Shown here in pieces: positions 38,864-50,978 of a stretch of DNA of 64,000 bases. A model generated the notes under the pieces. The model searched no databases. It had not been told where the DNA came from and worked only from the letters and a program-made list of their open reading frames with translations. The position numbers and the translations under genes are program-made. The DNA is from an uncultured Actinomycetota bacterium (GTDB lineage: Bacteria; Actinomycetota; Thermoleophilia; Gaiellales; Gaiellaceae). The stretch covers positions 582,338-646,337 of the forward strand of contig CAVYAQ010000003.1 in assembly GCA_963766565.1 (NCBI GenBank). The letters are read 5' to 3'. The first letter of the stretch is position 1; each line of letters opens with the position of its first letter.

Positions 38864-39892
38864 TTGCTCGGGGAGGTCAAGGGGAAGAGGGGGTTGCTGC
38901 TGGGGGCGGTGGCATGCCTTGGCATGCTCGCGATCTCGCCTTCGGGCGGCGCCTCTCCGGCGCCGGCGATCGGGCCTCTGCAGGCCGAGCAGGCTGCGCT
39001 CGCGGCGAAGTCCCGGGCAGCGGTTCTCGATCTCTACTCTCTCGACGAACGGCTCGCGACTGCGAAGCAGCGGCTCGGGACGCTCGACGCTGCCGGCCGG
39101 CGACTCGTGAGCGAGCGCGCATCGCTGCACCACGAGCTTCACCTGGCACGCCTCGACGTTCACCTCTCGCAAGTCCGCCTCGCCGCTCGCCTCCGTTTCA
39201 TCTACGCCCACGGCGCAACGAGCTCGCTCGAGGTCATCATGGGCGCGAACTCTCTTCAGGACGCGATGACCCAACTCGACGACTTTAACCGCGTCGCAGC
39301 AGTCAACGACGACGTCGTGATCCAGGTCCACTCGGCTCGGATAGAGATGCTTCAGCTCAGGCGGGAGCTCGGTGCCCGCGAGCGCACACTCGCCGCGACC
39401 ACCGCCGCCGCCGAGCGGACGGTGACCGAGCTCGAACAGCTCCACTCAGACCGCGTCGCGTACCTCGCGCAGCTCACGAGCGAACGGTCGCTCGACACGG
39501 CGCGTATCGCTCGGCTCAACACCGAGGCGAACGCCGCCGTCGTCCGCTCGGTGACTCTCGCGACCCCGGCCCAGACGGACATCGTCGAGCCGACCGCGTC
39601 GCCCGTGGCTGCGGCGATCACCTCCTCGGGCACCCGCACCCTGACCGTCAGCGCGACCGCGTATGACCTCCCGGGCAGGACGTCGACGGGGCTACCGGTC
39701 GGCTGGGGGATCGCGGCGGTCGATCCGTCCGTGATCCCGCTCGGAACCCACATCGTCGTCCCGGGTTACGGCGTCGCCGTCGCCGCCGACACCGGCTCGG
39801 CGGTCGTCGGGGCGACAATCGATCTCTGGTTCCCCAACCAGGCCGAGGCCAGTGCCTGGGGCCGCCGAACTGTCACAATCGACATCGCATAG
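38864..39892 (+). CDS. secreted 3D-domain (MltA/RlpA-like fold) protein with N-terminal coiled-coil domain
   Basis: The C-terminal domain is VSATAYDLPGRTSTGLPVGWGIAAVDPSVIPLGTHIVVPGYGVAVAADTGSAVVGATIDLWF. The coiled-coil region is homologous to that of the divergent NlpC/P60 gene. The start is TTG at 38864, which gives a KGKR n-region plus LLLGAVACLGMLAIS. TTG at 38894 is an alternative. Confidence 0.8.
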   Translation: MLGEVKGKRGLLLGAVACLGMLAISPSGGASPAPAIGPLQAEQAALAAKSRAAVLDLYSLDERLATAKQRLGTLDAAGRRLVSERASLHHELHLARLDVHLSQVRLAARLRFIYAHGATSSLEVIMGANSLQDAMTQLDDFNRVAAVNDDVVIQVHSARIEMLQLRRELGARERTLAATTAAAERTVTELEQLHSDRVAYLAQLTSERSLDTARIARLNTEANAAVVRSVTLATPAQTDIVEPTASPVAAAITSSGTRTLTVSATAYDLPGRTSTGLPVGWGIAAVDPSVIPLGTHIVVPGYGVAVAADTGSAVVGATIDLWFPNQAEASAWGRRTVTIDIA

Positions 39893-40591
39893 ATGACGAT
39901 CCTCAGGGGGGAGGCTGTGAGGGTGGGCCCAGCGACGAAACATGCCGTGGAAGCCTCACCTCGCGTACTTCTTGTCGACGACCACGACCTGTTCCGGCGC
40001 GGGCTCCGGACCCTGCTCGAGGCTGAAGGGGTCGACGTGATCGGGGAGGCGGACACGGGACGGGACGCACTGGCCCAGATCGGCGTGCTCGCTCCCGATG
40101 TGGTCGTGATGGATCTGAACATGCCCGGGATCACCGGCGCGGAGGCGACCGCGAAGATGTCGATGACGGCACCGACCACGCGTGTCCTCGTCCTCTCGGC
40201 CTCGAACCAGGATGCCGACGTGATGGACGCGATCATGGCGGGTGCGTGCGGCTATCTGCTGAAGGACTCCTCGATCCACGATCTCGTGACGGGGATCCGC
40301 GCCGCGGCAAACGGCGAGTCGCTCATCTCGCCGGCGATCGCCTCGAAGGTGCTCGGTCGGCTGCGAGCAGCGAGCCCCGCTGCGCGCGAGGAGGCGGCCA
40401 CCGGGCTTTCCGACCGGGAGATGCAGGTTCTCCGCCTGATTGCAAGCGGCAACGACAACTCCCAGATCGCGGCCGAGCTTCACATCAGCCCGAACACCGT
40501 CAAGAACCACATCTCGAACATCCTGATGAAGCTCCAGATCGAGAACCGTATTCAGGCCGCGGTCTTCGCGGTCCGTTCCGGCCTGGCCTGA
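39893..40591 (+). CDS. NarL/LuxR-family two-component response regulator (no kinase gene adjacent)
   Basis: The receiver domain has VLLVDDHDLFRRGL...VVVMDLNMPG...GYLLKD. The HTH is LSDREMQVLRLIASGNDNSQIAAELHISPNTVKNHISNILMKL. The longest ORF starts at ATG 39893, immediately after the 3D-gene stop. Internal GTG starts at 39917 or 39923, after GGGGGGAGG, are possible. Confidence 0.9.
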   Translation: MTILRGEAVRVGPATKHAVEASPRVLLVDDHDLFRRGLRTLLEAEGVDVIGEADTGRDALAQIGVLAPDVVVMDLNMPGITGAEATAKMSMTAPTTRVLVLSASNQDADVMDAIMAGACGYLLKDSSIHDLVTGIRAAANGESLISPAIASKVLGRLRAASPAAREEAATGLSDREMQVLRLIASGNDNSQIAAELHISPNTVKNHISNILMKLQIENRIQAAVFAVRSGLA

Positions 40592-40640
40592 GCCCGTCGA
40601 ACCCTGAGCCGCGCGGCGTCGGCCGGTGCACGCGATCTCG

Positions 40641-40760
40641 ACCCTGGACGCGTCTTTCGCAGCCACGTCCAGGGACTGTCCCCGGTCTAGACGCTTCGAG
40701 CCACGGCCGCGATGGACATGGCCAGGGACTGTCCCTGGTCTAGACGCTTCGAGCCACGGC
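40641..40760 (+). repeat. cluster of REP-like repeats (one partial plus two full units)
   Basis: The full units are 40662-40707 and 40721-40760. CCAGGGACTGTCCC(C/T)GGTCTAGACGCTTCGAGCCACGGC is shared over 39 nt with one mismatch. The partial unit at 40641-40666 ends in the same ...TTCGCAGCCACG. The core palindrome is CCAGGGAC-N-GTCCCTGG. Confidence 0.85.
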
Positions 40761-40830
40761 GGCTTTGGCCACGTGTTTTGCGGGGGCTCGCTGGCTGCGG
40801 GATAGCTTGGGTCTCGTTGCGAGGAATCCG

Positions 40831-44697
<3,867 letters not shown>

Positions 44698-44717
44698 GCG
44701 CCCGATCGTAGCCGTGG

Positions 44718-45488
44718 CTACCGAAGCGGCGACCCACCTCCACTGCCATTCCCGTCGTAGCCGACTTCGACGAGATAGAGCCCGTGGGGCGGGGCCGTCG
44801 AGCCGGCCTCGGCGCGAGGCGCGCCCTGGAGCAGATCGACGATGCTGTCCGGCTCGAGCTCGAGCATCGTGCCGACGAGCGTCCTGACCATGTGACGCAG
44901 GAACGCGTTCGCCGTGATCTCGAGCTCGACGATGTCGCCCCGATCGCGCCAGCGTGCGTCCTCGACGGTTCGTACGAAGGTCCTGTGCTGGGTCTCCGTC
45001 GGTGTGAACGCCCGGAAGTCGTGGGTGCCGACGAGCATCGCGGCCGAGGCATGCAGCCGCTGGAGCTCGAGCGGCTGCGGGTGCCAGAGCGCGCGGCTTC
45101 TCTCGAACGGAGACGGGACGCGACGGCGCCAGATCCGGTAGCGGTACGACCGAGTGCGGGCTGAGTGCCGCGCGTCGAAGCCGGCAGGCACGGCGTCGAC
45201 GCGAACGACGGCCAGGTCGGAGGGCAGGATCGCGTTCAGCGCCTCGGCGGCGCGCTCGGGCGGCGCGCCGCCGGTCACCTCGACCGAGACGACGTTCGCA
45301 AAGGCATGAACGCCCGTATCGGTTCGTCCACCGACCACCAGGCGCTCGTAGGAGCCGTACAGCGTCTCGAGCGCCGCTCCGAGCACGCCCTCGACCGTCC
45401 GCTCCCCGCGCTGGCGCGCCCACCCGCGGAAGCCGGTGCCGTCGTAGGCGAGCGTTAGCTTCAGGTTCACGTCAGCCTCCCCTGACAT
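44718..45488 (-). CDS. truA: tRNA pseudouridine(38-40) synthase
   Basis: It contains LTLAYDGTGFRGWARQ...GRTDTGVHA... and sits downstream of rplQ as usual. Confidence 0.93.
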   Translation of the reverse strand: MSGEADVNLKLTLAYDGTGFRGWARQRGERTVEGVLGAALETLYGSYERLVVGGRTDTGVHAFANVVSVEVTGGAPPERAAEALNAILPSDLAVVRVDAVPAGFDARHSARTRSYRYRIWRRRVPSPFERSRALWHPQPLELQRLHASAAMLVGTHDFRAFTPTETQHRTFVRTVEDARWRDRGDIVELEITANAFLRHMVRTLVGTMLELEPDSIVDLLQGAPRAEAGSTAPPHGLYLVEVGYDGNGSGGGSPLR

Positions 45489-45547
45489 CCCTTGTCAGGA
45501 TTGCCTTATAATATGGTAGTTTGCAACTCGCTTGATACACTCTATCC

Positions 45548-46045
45548 ATGTCCGATCCGGAGCAGGCCACCTTAGACCAGCACGAATTCCTCCTTCAGCG
45601 TGTCCAGCCCGCGATGGTCGGGCTCATCGACGGCTCGCTTTCGACGCTCGCGCCGATCTTCTCAGTCGCGATCGTCAGCCACAACACCTTCTACGCCTTC
45701 GTCGGCGGCCTCGCGACCTCGATCGGGGCAGGGATCTCGATGGCGTTCTCGGAAGGGCTCTCGGACACCGGCGAGCTCACGGGCCGCGGTACGCCGCTCG
45801 TCCGCGGCGGGATCACCGGCCTCGGCACGTTCGTCGGCGGGATCCTACACTCGCTGCCGTTCCTGATCCCCGACTACCGCTCGGCGCTCATCACCGCGTT
45901 CGTGGTGGTCGCGTTCGAGCTCATCGCCCTCGCAGCGCTGCGGGCGCGGTTCTTCTCGACGAAGTTCACGACCTCGCTCGGCGCGGTCTCGCTTGCCGGC
46001 GCGGTGATCGTCGCCGTCAGCGTCGCGCTCGGCGTCGCCGCCTAG
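45548..46045 (+). CDS. VIT1/CCC1-family (iron/manganese transporter-like) membrane protein, short form
   Basis: It contains VQPAMVGLIDGSLSTLAPIF...SIGAGISMAFSEGLSD...GGILHSLPFLIP and several TM segments. Confidence 0.65.
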   Translation: MSDPEQATLDQHEFLLQRVQPAMVGLIDGSLSTLAPIFSVAIVSHNTFYAFVGGLATSIGAGISMAFSEGLSDTGELTGRGTPLVRGGITGLGTFVGGILHSLPFLIPDYRSALITAFVVVAFELIALAALRARFFSTKFTTSLGAVSLAGAVIVAVSVALGVAA

Positions 46046-46058
46046 CTCCTAGTAGCTC

Positions 46059-46667
46059 CTAGGCCGCGGGAGCGCCGTCGCCGGCTTCGGCTGACGGCTC
46101 GTCCGGAGCCGCTTCGGCCTCGGGCTCGGCGGCGGCCGGCGGTTCGGCTTCCTCGGCCTCGGCGGCAGGCTCGGCCTCGGAAGCAGGTTCGGGCTCGACC
46201 GCCTCTTCGGGCTCGGCGGCAGGCTCGAGCTCCTCGGGCGCCTCCGTGTCGTCCTCGAGCTCGCCCGCTTCTGCGGCCTCGGCGTCGGAGGACTTGCGCT
46301 TGAAGACGAGCGGTGTGTCGACCAGCTCGAGGTAGACCATCTCGGCAGCGTCGCCGGGACGGGGGCCGAGCCGGACGATTCGCGCATACCCGCCCGGGCG
46401 ATCCGCGAAGCGCGGCCCGAGCTCGGCAAAGAGCTTGTGGACAATGTCCTTCGAGCGCAGGAAGGCCACCGCCTGGCGGCGGGCGTGGATGTCGCCGCGC
46501 CGCCCGAGGGTGATCATCTGCTCCGCGATCGGCTTGACGGCCTTCGCCTTCGTGACGGTCGTCTTGATCCGCTCGTGCTCGATCAGCTCCGAGGTGAGGT
46601 TGGCGTACAGCGCCCGGCGATGAGCCGAGTCGCGGCCGAGCTTCTTGCCTGTGCGCTGGTGCCGCAT
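46059..46667 (-). CDS. rplQ: 50S ribosomal protein bL17 with about 80-aa acidic Ala/Glu/Pro C-terminal extension
   Basis: It starts MRHQRTGKKLGRDSAHRRALYANL and contains ...ERIKTTVTKAK. The tail from about residue 123 is DAEAAEAGELEDD...PEAEAAPDE. Confidence 0.95.
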   Translation of the reverse strand: MRHQRTGKKLGRDSAHRRALYANLTSELIEHERIKTTVTKAKAVKPIAEQMITLGRRGDIHARRQAVAFLRSKDIVHKLFAELGPRFADRPGGYARIVRLGPRPGDAAEMVYLELVDTPLVFKRKSSDAEAAEAGELEDDTEAPEELEPAAEPEEAVEPEPASEAEPAAEAEEAEPPAAAEPEAEAAPDEPSAEAGDGAPAA

Positions 46668-46673
46668 CGCCGC

Positions 46674-47669
46674 CTAGAGCTCCGACGGCCCGCCGTTGTC
46701 GCCGCGGAGGCGCAGGCCGTGCTGGCCGAGCGTCTCCTTGACCTCTTCGATCGACTTCTTGCCGAAGTTCGGGATCGAGGCGAGCTCGTTCTCGGTCTTC
46801 GTCACGAGGTCGCCGATCGTCTCGATCCCTACCCGCTTGAGGCAGTTGTACGAGCGAACGCCGAGCTCGAGCTCCTCGATCGGGAAGTTCTCCATCCCGT
46901 GGGCGAGCGAGACATCGACCATCGCACCGCCGTCGAGCTGGGGCGCCTCGACTCCGAATCCCTCCATCTTCTCGAGATCGGTGAAGATCGCGAGCTGGCG
47001 GATGAGGATCTCGGCCGCCTCGGCGATCGCGTCCTTGGGGTCGATCGACCCGTTCGTGGTGACGTCGAGGATGAGCTTGTCGTAGTCGGTGCGCTGCCCG
47101 ACGCGGGCGGACTCGACGTCGTAGGCGACGCGCCGGATCGGCGAGAACATCGAGTCGACCGGGATCACACCGATCGTATGCGCGTGACCGCGGTTGCCCT
47201 CGGCGGGCACATAGCCGCGGCCGCGGCCGATCGTGAGGGTGATCTCGAGGCGGCCCTTGGACGAGATGTTCGCGATCTCGAGCTCCGGGTTCAGGATCTC
47301 GAGGTCGGCGGGACACTCGATGTCGGCGGCCGTGACGGTGCCCTCTCCCTTGGCGGTGAGGCGGACCTCGACCTCGGGGGAGTCGCCGTGGAGCACGCAG
47401 ACGAGCTGCTTCAGGTTGAGCAGGATGTCGGTGACGTCCTCGCGGACGCCCGGGAGCGTCGTGAACTCGTGCGCGACACCCTCGAGCTTGACGGAGGTGA
47501 CTGCGGCGCCCTCGAGTGAGGAGAGCAGCACGCGGCGGAGCGAGTTCCCGAACGTGTAGCCGAAGCCGCGGTCGAGCGGCTCGATTTCGAAGACCCCCCG
47601 ATGCTCCTTGACTTCCTCGTGGGTGATCTTCGGGACCTGGAAGTCCATCACAGTGGAGCGACTAGCCAA
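46674..47669 (-). CDS. rpoA: DNA-directed RNA polymerase subunit alpha
   Basis: It contains FEIEPLDRGFGYTFGNSLRRVLLSS and the C-terminal domain ELELGVRSYNCLKRVGI. The start could be the internal ATG (MDFQ...) at 47648. Confidence 0.97.
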   Translation of the reverse strand: MASRSTVMDFQVPKITHEEVKEHRGVFEIEPLDRGFGYTFGNSLRRVLLSSLEGAAVTSVKLEGVAHEFTTLPGVREDVTDILLNLKQLVCVLHGDSPEVEVRLTAKGEGTVTAADIECPADLEILNPELEIANISSKGRLEITLTIGRGRGYVPAEGNRGHAHTIGVIPVDSMFSPIRRVAYDVESARVGQRTDYDKLILDVTTNGSIDPKDAIAEAAEILIRQLAIFTDLEKMEGFGVEAPQLDGGAMVDVSLAHGMENFPIEELELGVRSYNCLKRVGIETIGDLVTKTENELASIPNFGKKSIEEVKETLGQHGLRLRGDNGGPSEL

Positions 47670-47734
47670 TTTGAATCCTTTCTCTGGTGTCTAGAGCGGT
47701 AACCCCGGACTGCCTTTACGACGCAGTTGCGGCG

Positions 47735-48355
47735 TTACTTGCTGTAGAGCTCGACGATGAGCTGTTCCTGCACCGGCGTGTCGATCTCGTCGCGCTCCGG
47801 CCACTTCAGCACCTTGCCGGTGAGCCCCTCGTGGTCGGCCTGGAGCCAGGGAGCAACGGCAGCGGTGAGGTCGGTCGCATCGCGGATGACCTGCTCGGCG
47901 GTGGAGCCGGACTTCAAGGTGACGACGTCGTCCGGACGAACACCGTAGCTCGGGATGTTCACCCGGCGGCCGTTGATCGAGAAGTGGCCGTGACGGACGA
48001 GCTGGCGTGCCTGGGCGCGCGAGGCCGCGAACCCGAGGCGGTAGACGACATTGTCGAGCCGTGTCTCGAGGATGCGCAACAGGTTCTCACCGGTCACGCC
48101 ACCCTGGCGGCTCGCCTTCTCGTAGTAGGTACGGAACTGTCCCTCGAGCAACCCGTAGTAGCGGCGTGCCTTCTGCTTCTCGCGCAGCTGCAGCAGGTAC
48201 TCGGACTGCTTGATCCGGCCGCGGCCGTGCTCGCCCGGCGGGTAGCTGCGGCGCTCGACGGCACACTTCTCGGTGAGGCAGCGCTCGCCCTTCAGGAAGA
48301 GCTTCATCCCCTCGCGGCGGCACTGCTTGCACTTGGGTGAGGTATCTCTGGCCAC
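47735..48355 (-). CDS. rpsD: 30S ribosomal protein uS4
   Basis: [26 protein letters not shown]... is the uS4 family, in the alpha-operon position. Confidence 0.97.
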   Translation of the reverse strand: MARDTSPKCKQCRREGMKLFLKGERCLTEKCAVERRSYPPGEHGRGRIKQSEYLLQLREKQKARRYYGLLEGQFRTYYEKASRQGGVTGENLLRILETRLDNVVYRLGFAASRAQARQLVRHGHFSINGRRVNIPSYGVRPDDVVTLKSGSTAEQVIRDATDLTAAVAPWLQADHEGLTGKVLKWPERDEIDTPVQEQLIVELYSK

Positions 48356-48760
48356 CTAGACCCTCCGGCGCTTCTTGGCGCGGACGCCGTTGTGGGCCTG
48401 CGGGGAGACGTCCTTGACGCCGAGGATCTCGAGGCCGGCCGCCTGGAGCGAGCGGATCGCGGTGTCGCGGCCCGAGCCCGGGCCCTTCACGAAGACCTCG
48501 ACCTTCTGGAGGCCGTGATCCATGCCCTTGCGGGCGGCAGCGTCGGCCGTGACCTGGGCGGCGAACGGCGTCGACTTGCGCGAGCCCTTGAACCCGGCAG
48601 AGCCGGCGGACTCCCAGACGATCACGTTGCCCTGCGGATCGGTGAGCGCGACGATCGTGTTGTTGAACGACGTCTTGATGTGCGCCTGGCCGATCGCGAT
48701 GTTCTTGCGCACGCGGCGGCGCGCGCGACCTTTCGTCGCAGTCTTGCGCGGAGGGGCCAC
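48356..48760 (-). CDS. rpsK: 30S ribosomal protein uS11
   Basis: It contains [22 protein letters not shown]...[14 protein letters not shown]. Confidence 0.97.
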   Translation of the reverse strand: MAPPRKTATKGRARRRVRKNIAIGQAHIKTSFNNTIVALTDPQGNVIVWESAGSAGFKGSRKSTPFAAQVTADAAARKGMDHGLQKVEVFVKGPGSGRDTAIRSLQAAGLEILGVKDVSPQAHNGVRAKKRRRV

Positions 48761-49134
48761 TACTTCGCCTTCTTGCCGCGGCCGACGGTCTTCTTCGGGC
48801 CCTTACGCGTGCGGGCGTTCGTCTTCGTGCGCTGGCCGTTCACCGGCAGCCCACGGCGGTGGCGGACGCCGCGGTAGGCGCCGATCTCGGACAGGCGCTT
48901 GATCGCCTGCGTGCGCTCGCGCCGGAGATCTCCCTCGACCTGATAGTGCTCGTCGATGTAGTCACGGAGCTTCGCGACCTCTTCCTCGGTCAGGTCGCGC
49001 ACCTTGGTGTCGGGCGAGAGCCCGAGTGCAGCACAGATCTCGCCCGAGGTCGAGCGGCCGATGCCGAAGATGTAGGTCAGCCCGATCTCGAGCCGCTTCT
49101 GGTTCGGCAGGTTGACGCCGGCGATCCTGGCCAT
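48760..49134 (-). CDS. rpsM: 30S ribosomal protein uS13
   Basis: It starts [26 protein letters not shown]. Confidence 0.97.
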   Translation of the reverse strand: MARIAGVNLPNQKRLEIGLTYIFGIGRSTSGEICAALGLSPDTKVRDLTEEEVAKLRDYIDEHYQVEGDLRRERTQAIKRLSEIGAYRGVRHRRGLPVNGQRTKTNARTRKGPKKTVGRGKKAK

Positions 49135-49140
49135 ACGGAG

Positions 49141-49257
49141 CTAGCCCTGCCGCTGCTTGTGCCGGGGGTTGTTCTTGCAGATGACCATCACGCGGCCGTG
49201 ACGCTTGATCACGCGGCAGTGGTCACACATAGCTTTTACCGAGGGACGAACCTTCAT
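49141..49257 (-). CDS. rpmJ: 50S ribosomal protein bL36
   Basis: Hand translation gives [38 protein letters not shown]. It is below the ORF-track size cut-off and sits between infA and rpsM. Confidence 0.93.
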   Translation of the reverse strand: MKVRPSVKAMCDHCRVIKRHGRVMVICKNNPRHKQRQG

Positions 49258-49296
49258 CGAAACCTTCTCTCTTCTCTCTTAGACCTTGAAGCAACT

Positions 49297-49521
49297 CTAA
49301 GACCTGTGGCGATAGGTGATGCGGCCCCGGGTCAGGTCGTAGGGACTCAGCTCGACCTTGACCTTGTCGCCGGGAAGGATGCGGATGTAGTGCTTGCGCA
49401 TCTTTCCGGAGATCGTGGTGAGGACATCGTGGCCGCCGTCGAGCTTGACGCGGAACATCGTGCTCGGGAGCGCCTCGGTGACTTCGCCTTCGACCTCGAT
49501 CTTCTCTTCTTTGCTTGCCAA
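49297..49521 (-). CDS. infA: translation initiation factor IF-1
   Basis: It contains [47 protein letters not shown]. Confidence 0.97.
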   Translation of the reverse strand: MASKEEKIEVEGEVTEALPSTMFRVKLDGGHDVLTTISGKMRKHYIRILPGDKVKVELSPYDLTRGRITYRHRS

Positions 49522-49630
49522 TCGCCCTTTCTGATCGTTCAGACTGGATGAGTCTCAAACCGTGTCGCGCAGGCGTAAACGACTTGAACCGCCCGCCGCA
49601 GACAGAAACACGGCTTTCGCCGCGCATCGA

Positions 49631-50395
49631 TCATGGTACCAGGACCGATGCCGCCTTTGTCAGCACCCTCGGGCCCTCGGCGGTGATCGCGACGGTGTGC
49701 TCGAAGTGCGCCGTCAGCGAGCCGTCGACGGTCGAGATCGACCATTCGTCGTCGTGCGCGTAGACGTCAGGGCCACCGGCGGTGATCATCGGCTCGATCG
49801 CGATCGTCATCCCCTCCACGAGCGGCGAACCGCGGTAGCCGGAGACGAAGTTCGGAATCTGCGGCTCCTCGTGGTAGGCCTTGCCGACGCCGTGGCCGAC
49901 GAGACTGCGCACCACGGAGAACCCGGCGCCCTCGACGATCGGCTGGATTGCGGCGGAGATGTCGCCGACAACCGCACCGACCTGAGCGGCCTCGATCCCG
50001 GCAAGCAGCGCCGCGAGGCAGACGTCGAGCAGGCGCTGCGCCTCGTCCGAGATCTCGCCGACGCCGAAGGTGGCGGCAGAGTCGGCGATCAGCCCGTCCT
50101 TCGTGACCCCGACGTCGAAGGAGATGATGTCGCCCTCGGCGGCCCGGTAGCTGCTCGGGATCCCGTGGACGATCATCTCGTTCGGCGAGATGCAGGTGGC
50201 GGCGGGGAAGCCCTTGTAGCCCTTCGAGGTCGGGCTCGCGCCCCGTGAGAGGATGTAGGCGTCGGCGATCGCATCGAGCTCGATCATCGAGATCCCCGGC
50301 TCGAGCCGTTCCTCGAGCAGCGCGAGGGTCTCGGCGACGACGGCGCCGGCGGCCGCCATCAGCTCGATCTCACGTGCAGATTTACGAACGATCAT
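49631..50395 (-). CDS. map: type I methionine aminopeptidase
   Basis: It contains MIVRKSAREIELM...DISFDVGV...GHGVG...IEPM. Confidence 0.95.
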   Translation of the reverse strand: MIVRKSAREIELMAAAGAVVAETLALLEERLEPGISMIELDAIADAYILSRGASPTSKGYKGFPAATCISPNEMIVHGIPSSYRAAEGDIISFDVGVTKDGLIADSAATFGVGEISDEAQRLLDVCLAALLAGIEAAQVGAVVGDISAAIQPIVEGAGFSVVRSLVGHGVGKAYHEEPQIPNFVSGYRGSPLVEGMTIAIEPMITAGGPDVYAHDDEWSISTVDGSLTAHFEHTVAITAEGPRVLTKAASVLVP

Positions 50396-50976
50396 GCTGC
50401 GCCCTCGGACTCGTCGAGCGCGGTCTGGACCTCGGCGTAGACCTCCGGGATCGTGCGCTCGGCATGGAGCGGCACGAGCGTGCCGGCGGCGCGGTAGTGC
50501 TCGACGATCGGCTCCGTCTCCGAGTGGTAGGTCGCGAGGCGCTTCGCGATCACCTCCGGGGTGTCGTCGGGACGGTTCTCCTCGGCTGCGCGGGCGAGCA
50601 TCCGCTCGATGGCGACGTCGTCGGGAAGGTCGAAGAAGAGGACTCCGTCTAGCCGGCGCCCGATCCCCGTCAGCATCTCGTCGAGCGCCGCGGCCTGCGC
50701 AGGATTGCGCGGGAAGCCGTCGAGGACGAACCCACGTCGCGCGTCGGCTTCGCCGAGGCGCTCGCGGATCAGCGCGATCGTGATCTCGTCGGGAACGAGC
50801 GCGCCGCTCGCGAGGATCGGCTCGACCTCCAGGCCGAGCTCGGTCTTGGCCGCGATCGCCGCGCGGAACATGTCGCCGGTCGAGATGTGGGGGATCGCGT
50901 AGTCGGTCGCGATCCGTTTGGCTTGCGTTCCCTTCCCCGCCCCCTGCGGGCCCAACACGAGCAGGTTCATCGGCAT
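50392..50976 (-). CDS. adk: adenylate kinase (short, no zinc lid)
   Basis: It starts MPMNLLVLGPQGAGKGTQAKRIA and contains ...ISTGDMFR...GFPRN. The start is at 50976 or 50970, directly after the secY stop. Confidence 0.93.
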   Translation of the reverse strand: MPMNLLVLGPQGAGKGTQAKRIATDYAIPHISTGDMFRAAIAAKTELGLEVEPILASGALVPDEITIALIRERLGEADARRGFVLDGFPRNPAQAAALDEMLTGIGRRLDGVLFFDLPDDVAIERMLARAAEENRPDDTPEVIAKRLATYHSETEPIVEHYRAAGTLVPLHAERTIPEVYAEVQTALDESEGAA

Positions 50977-50978
50977 CG

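Noticed and set aside
40641-40760. A possible CRISPR array, considering this repeat cluster and the 15-21 bp tandem repeats at 26950, 57000 and 58307.
   Set aside because: There are only about 2.5 units with a 14-nt non-unique spacer, and no cas genes. The other repeats are in-frame coding repeats inside expressed-looking genes.
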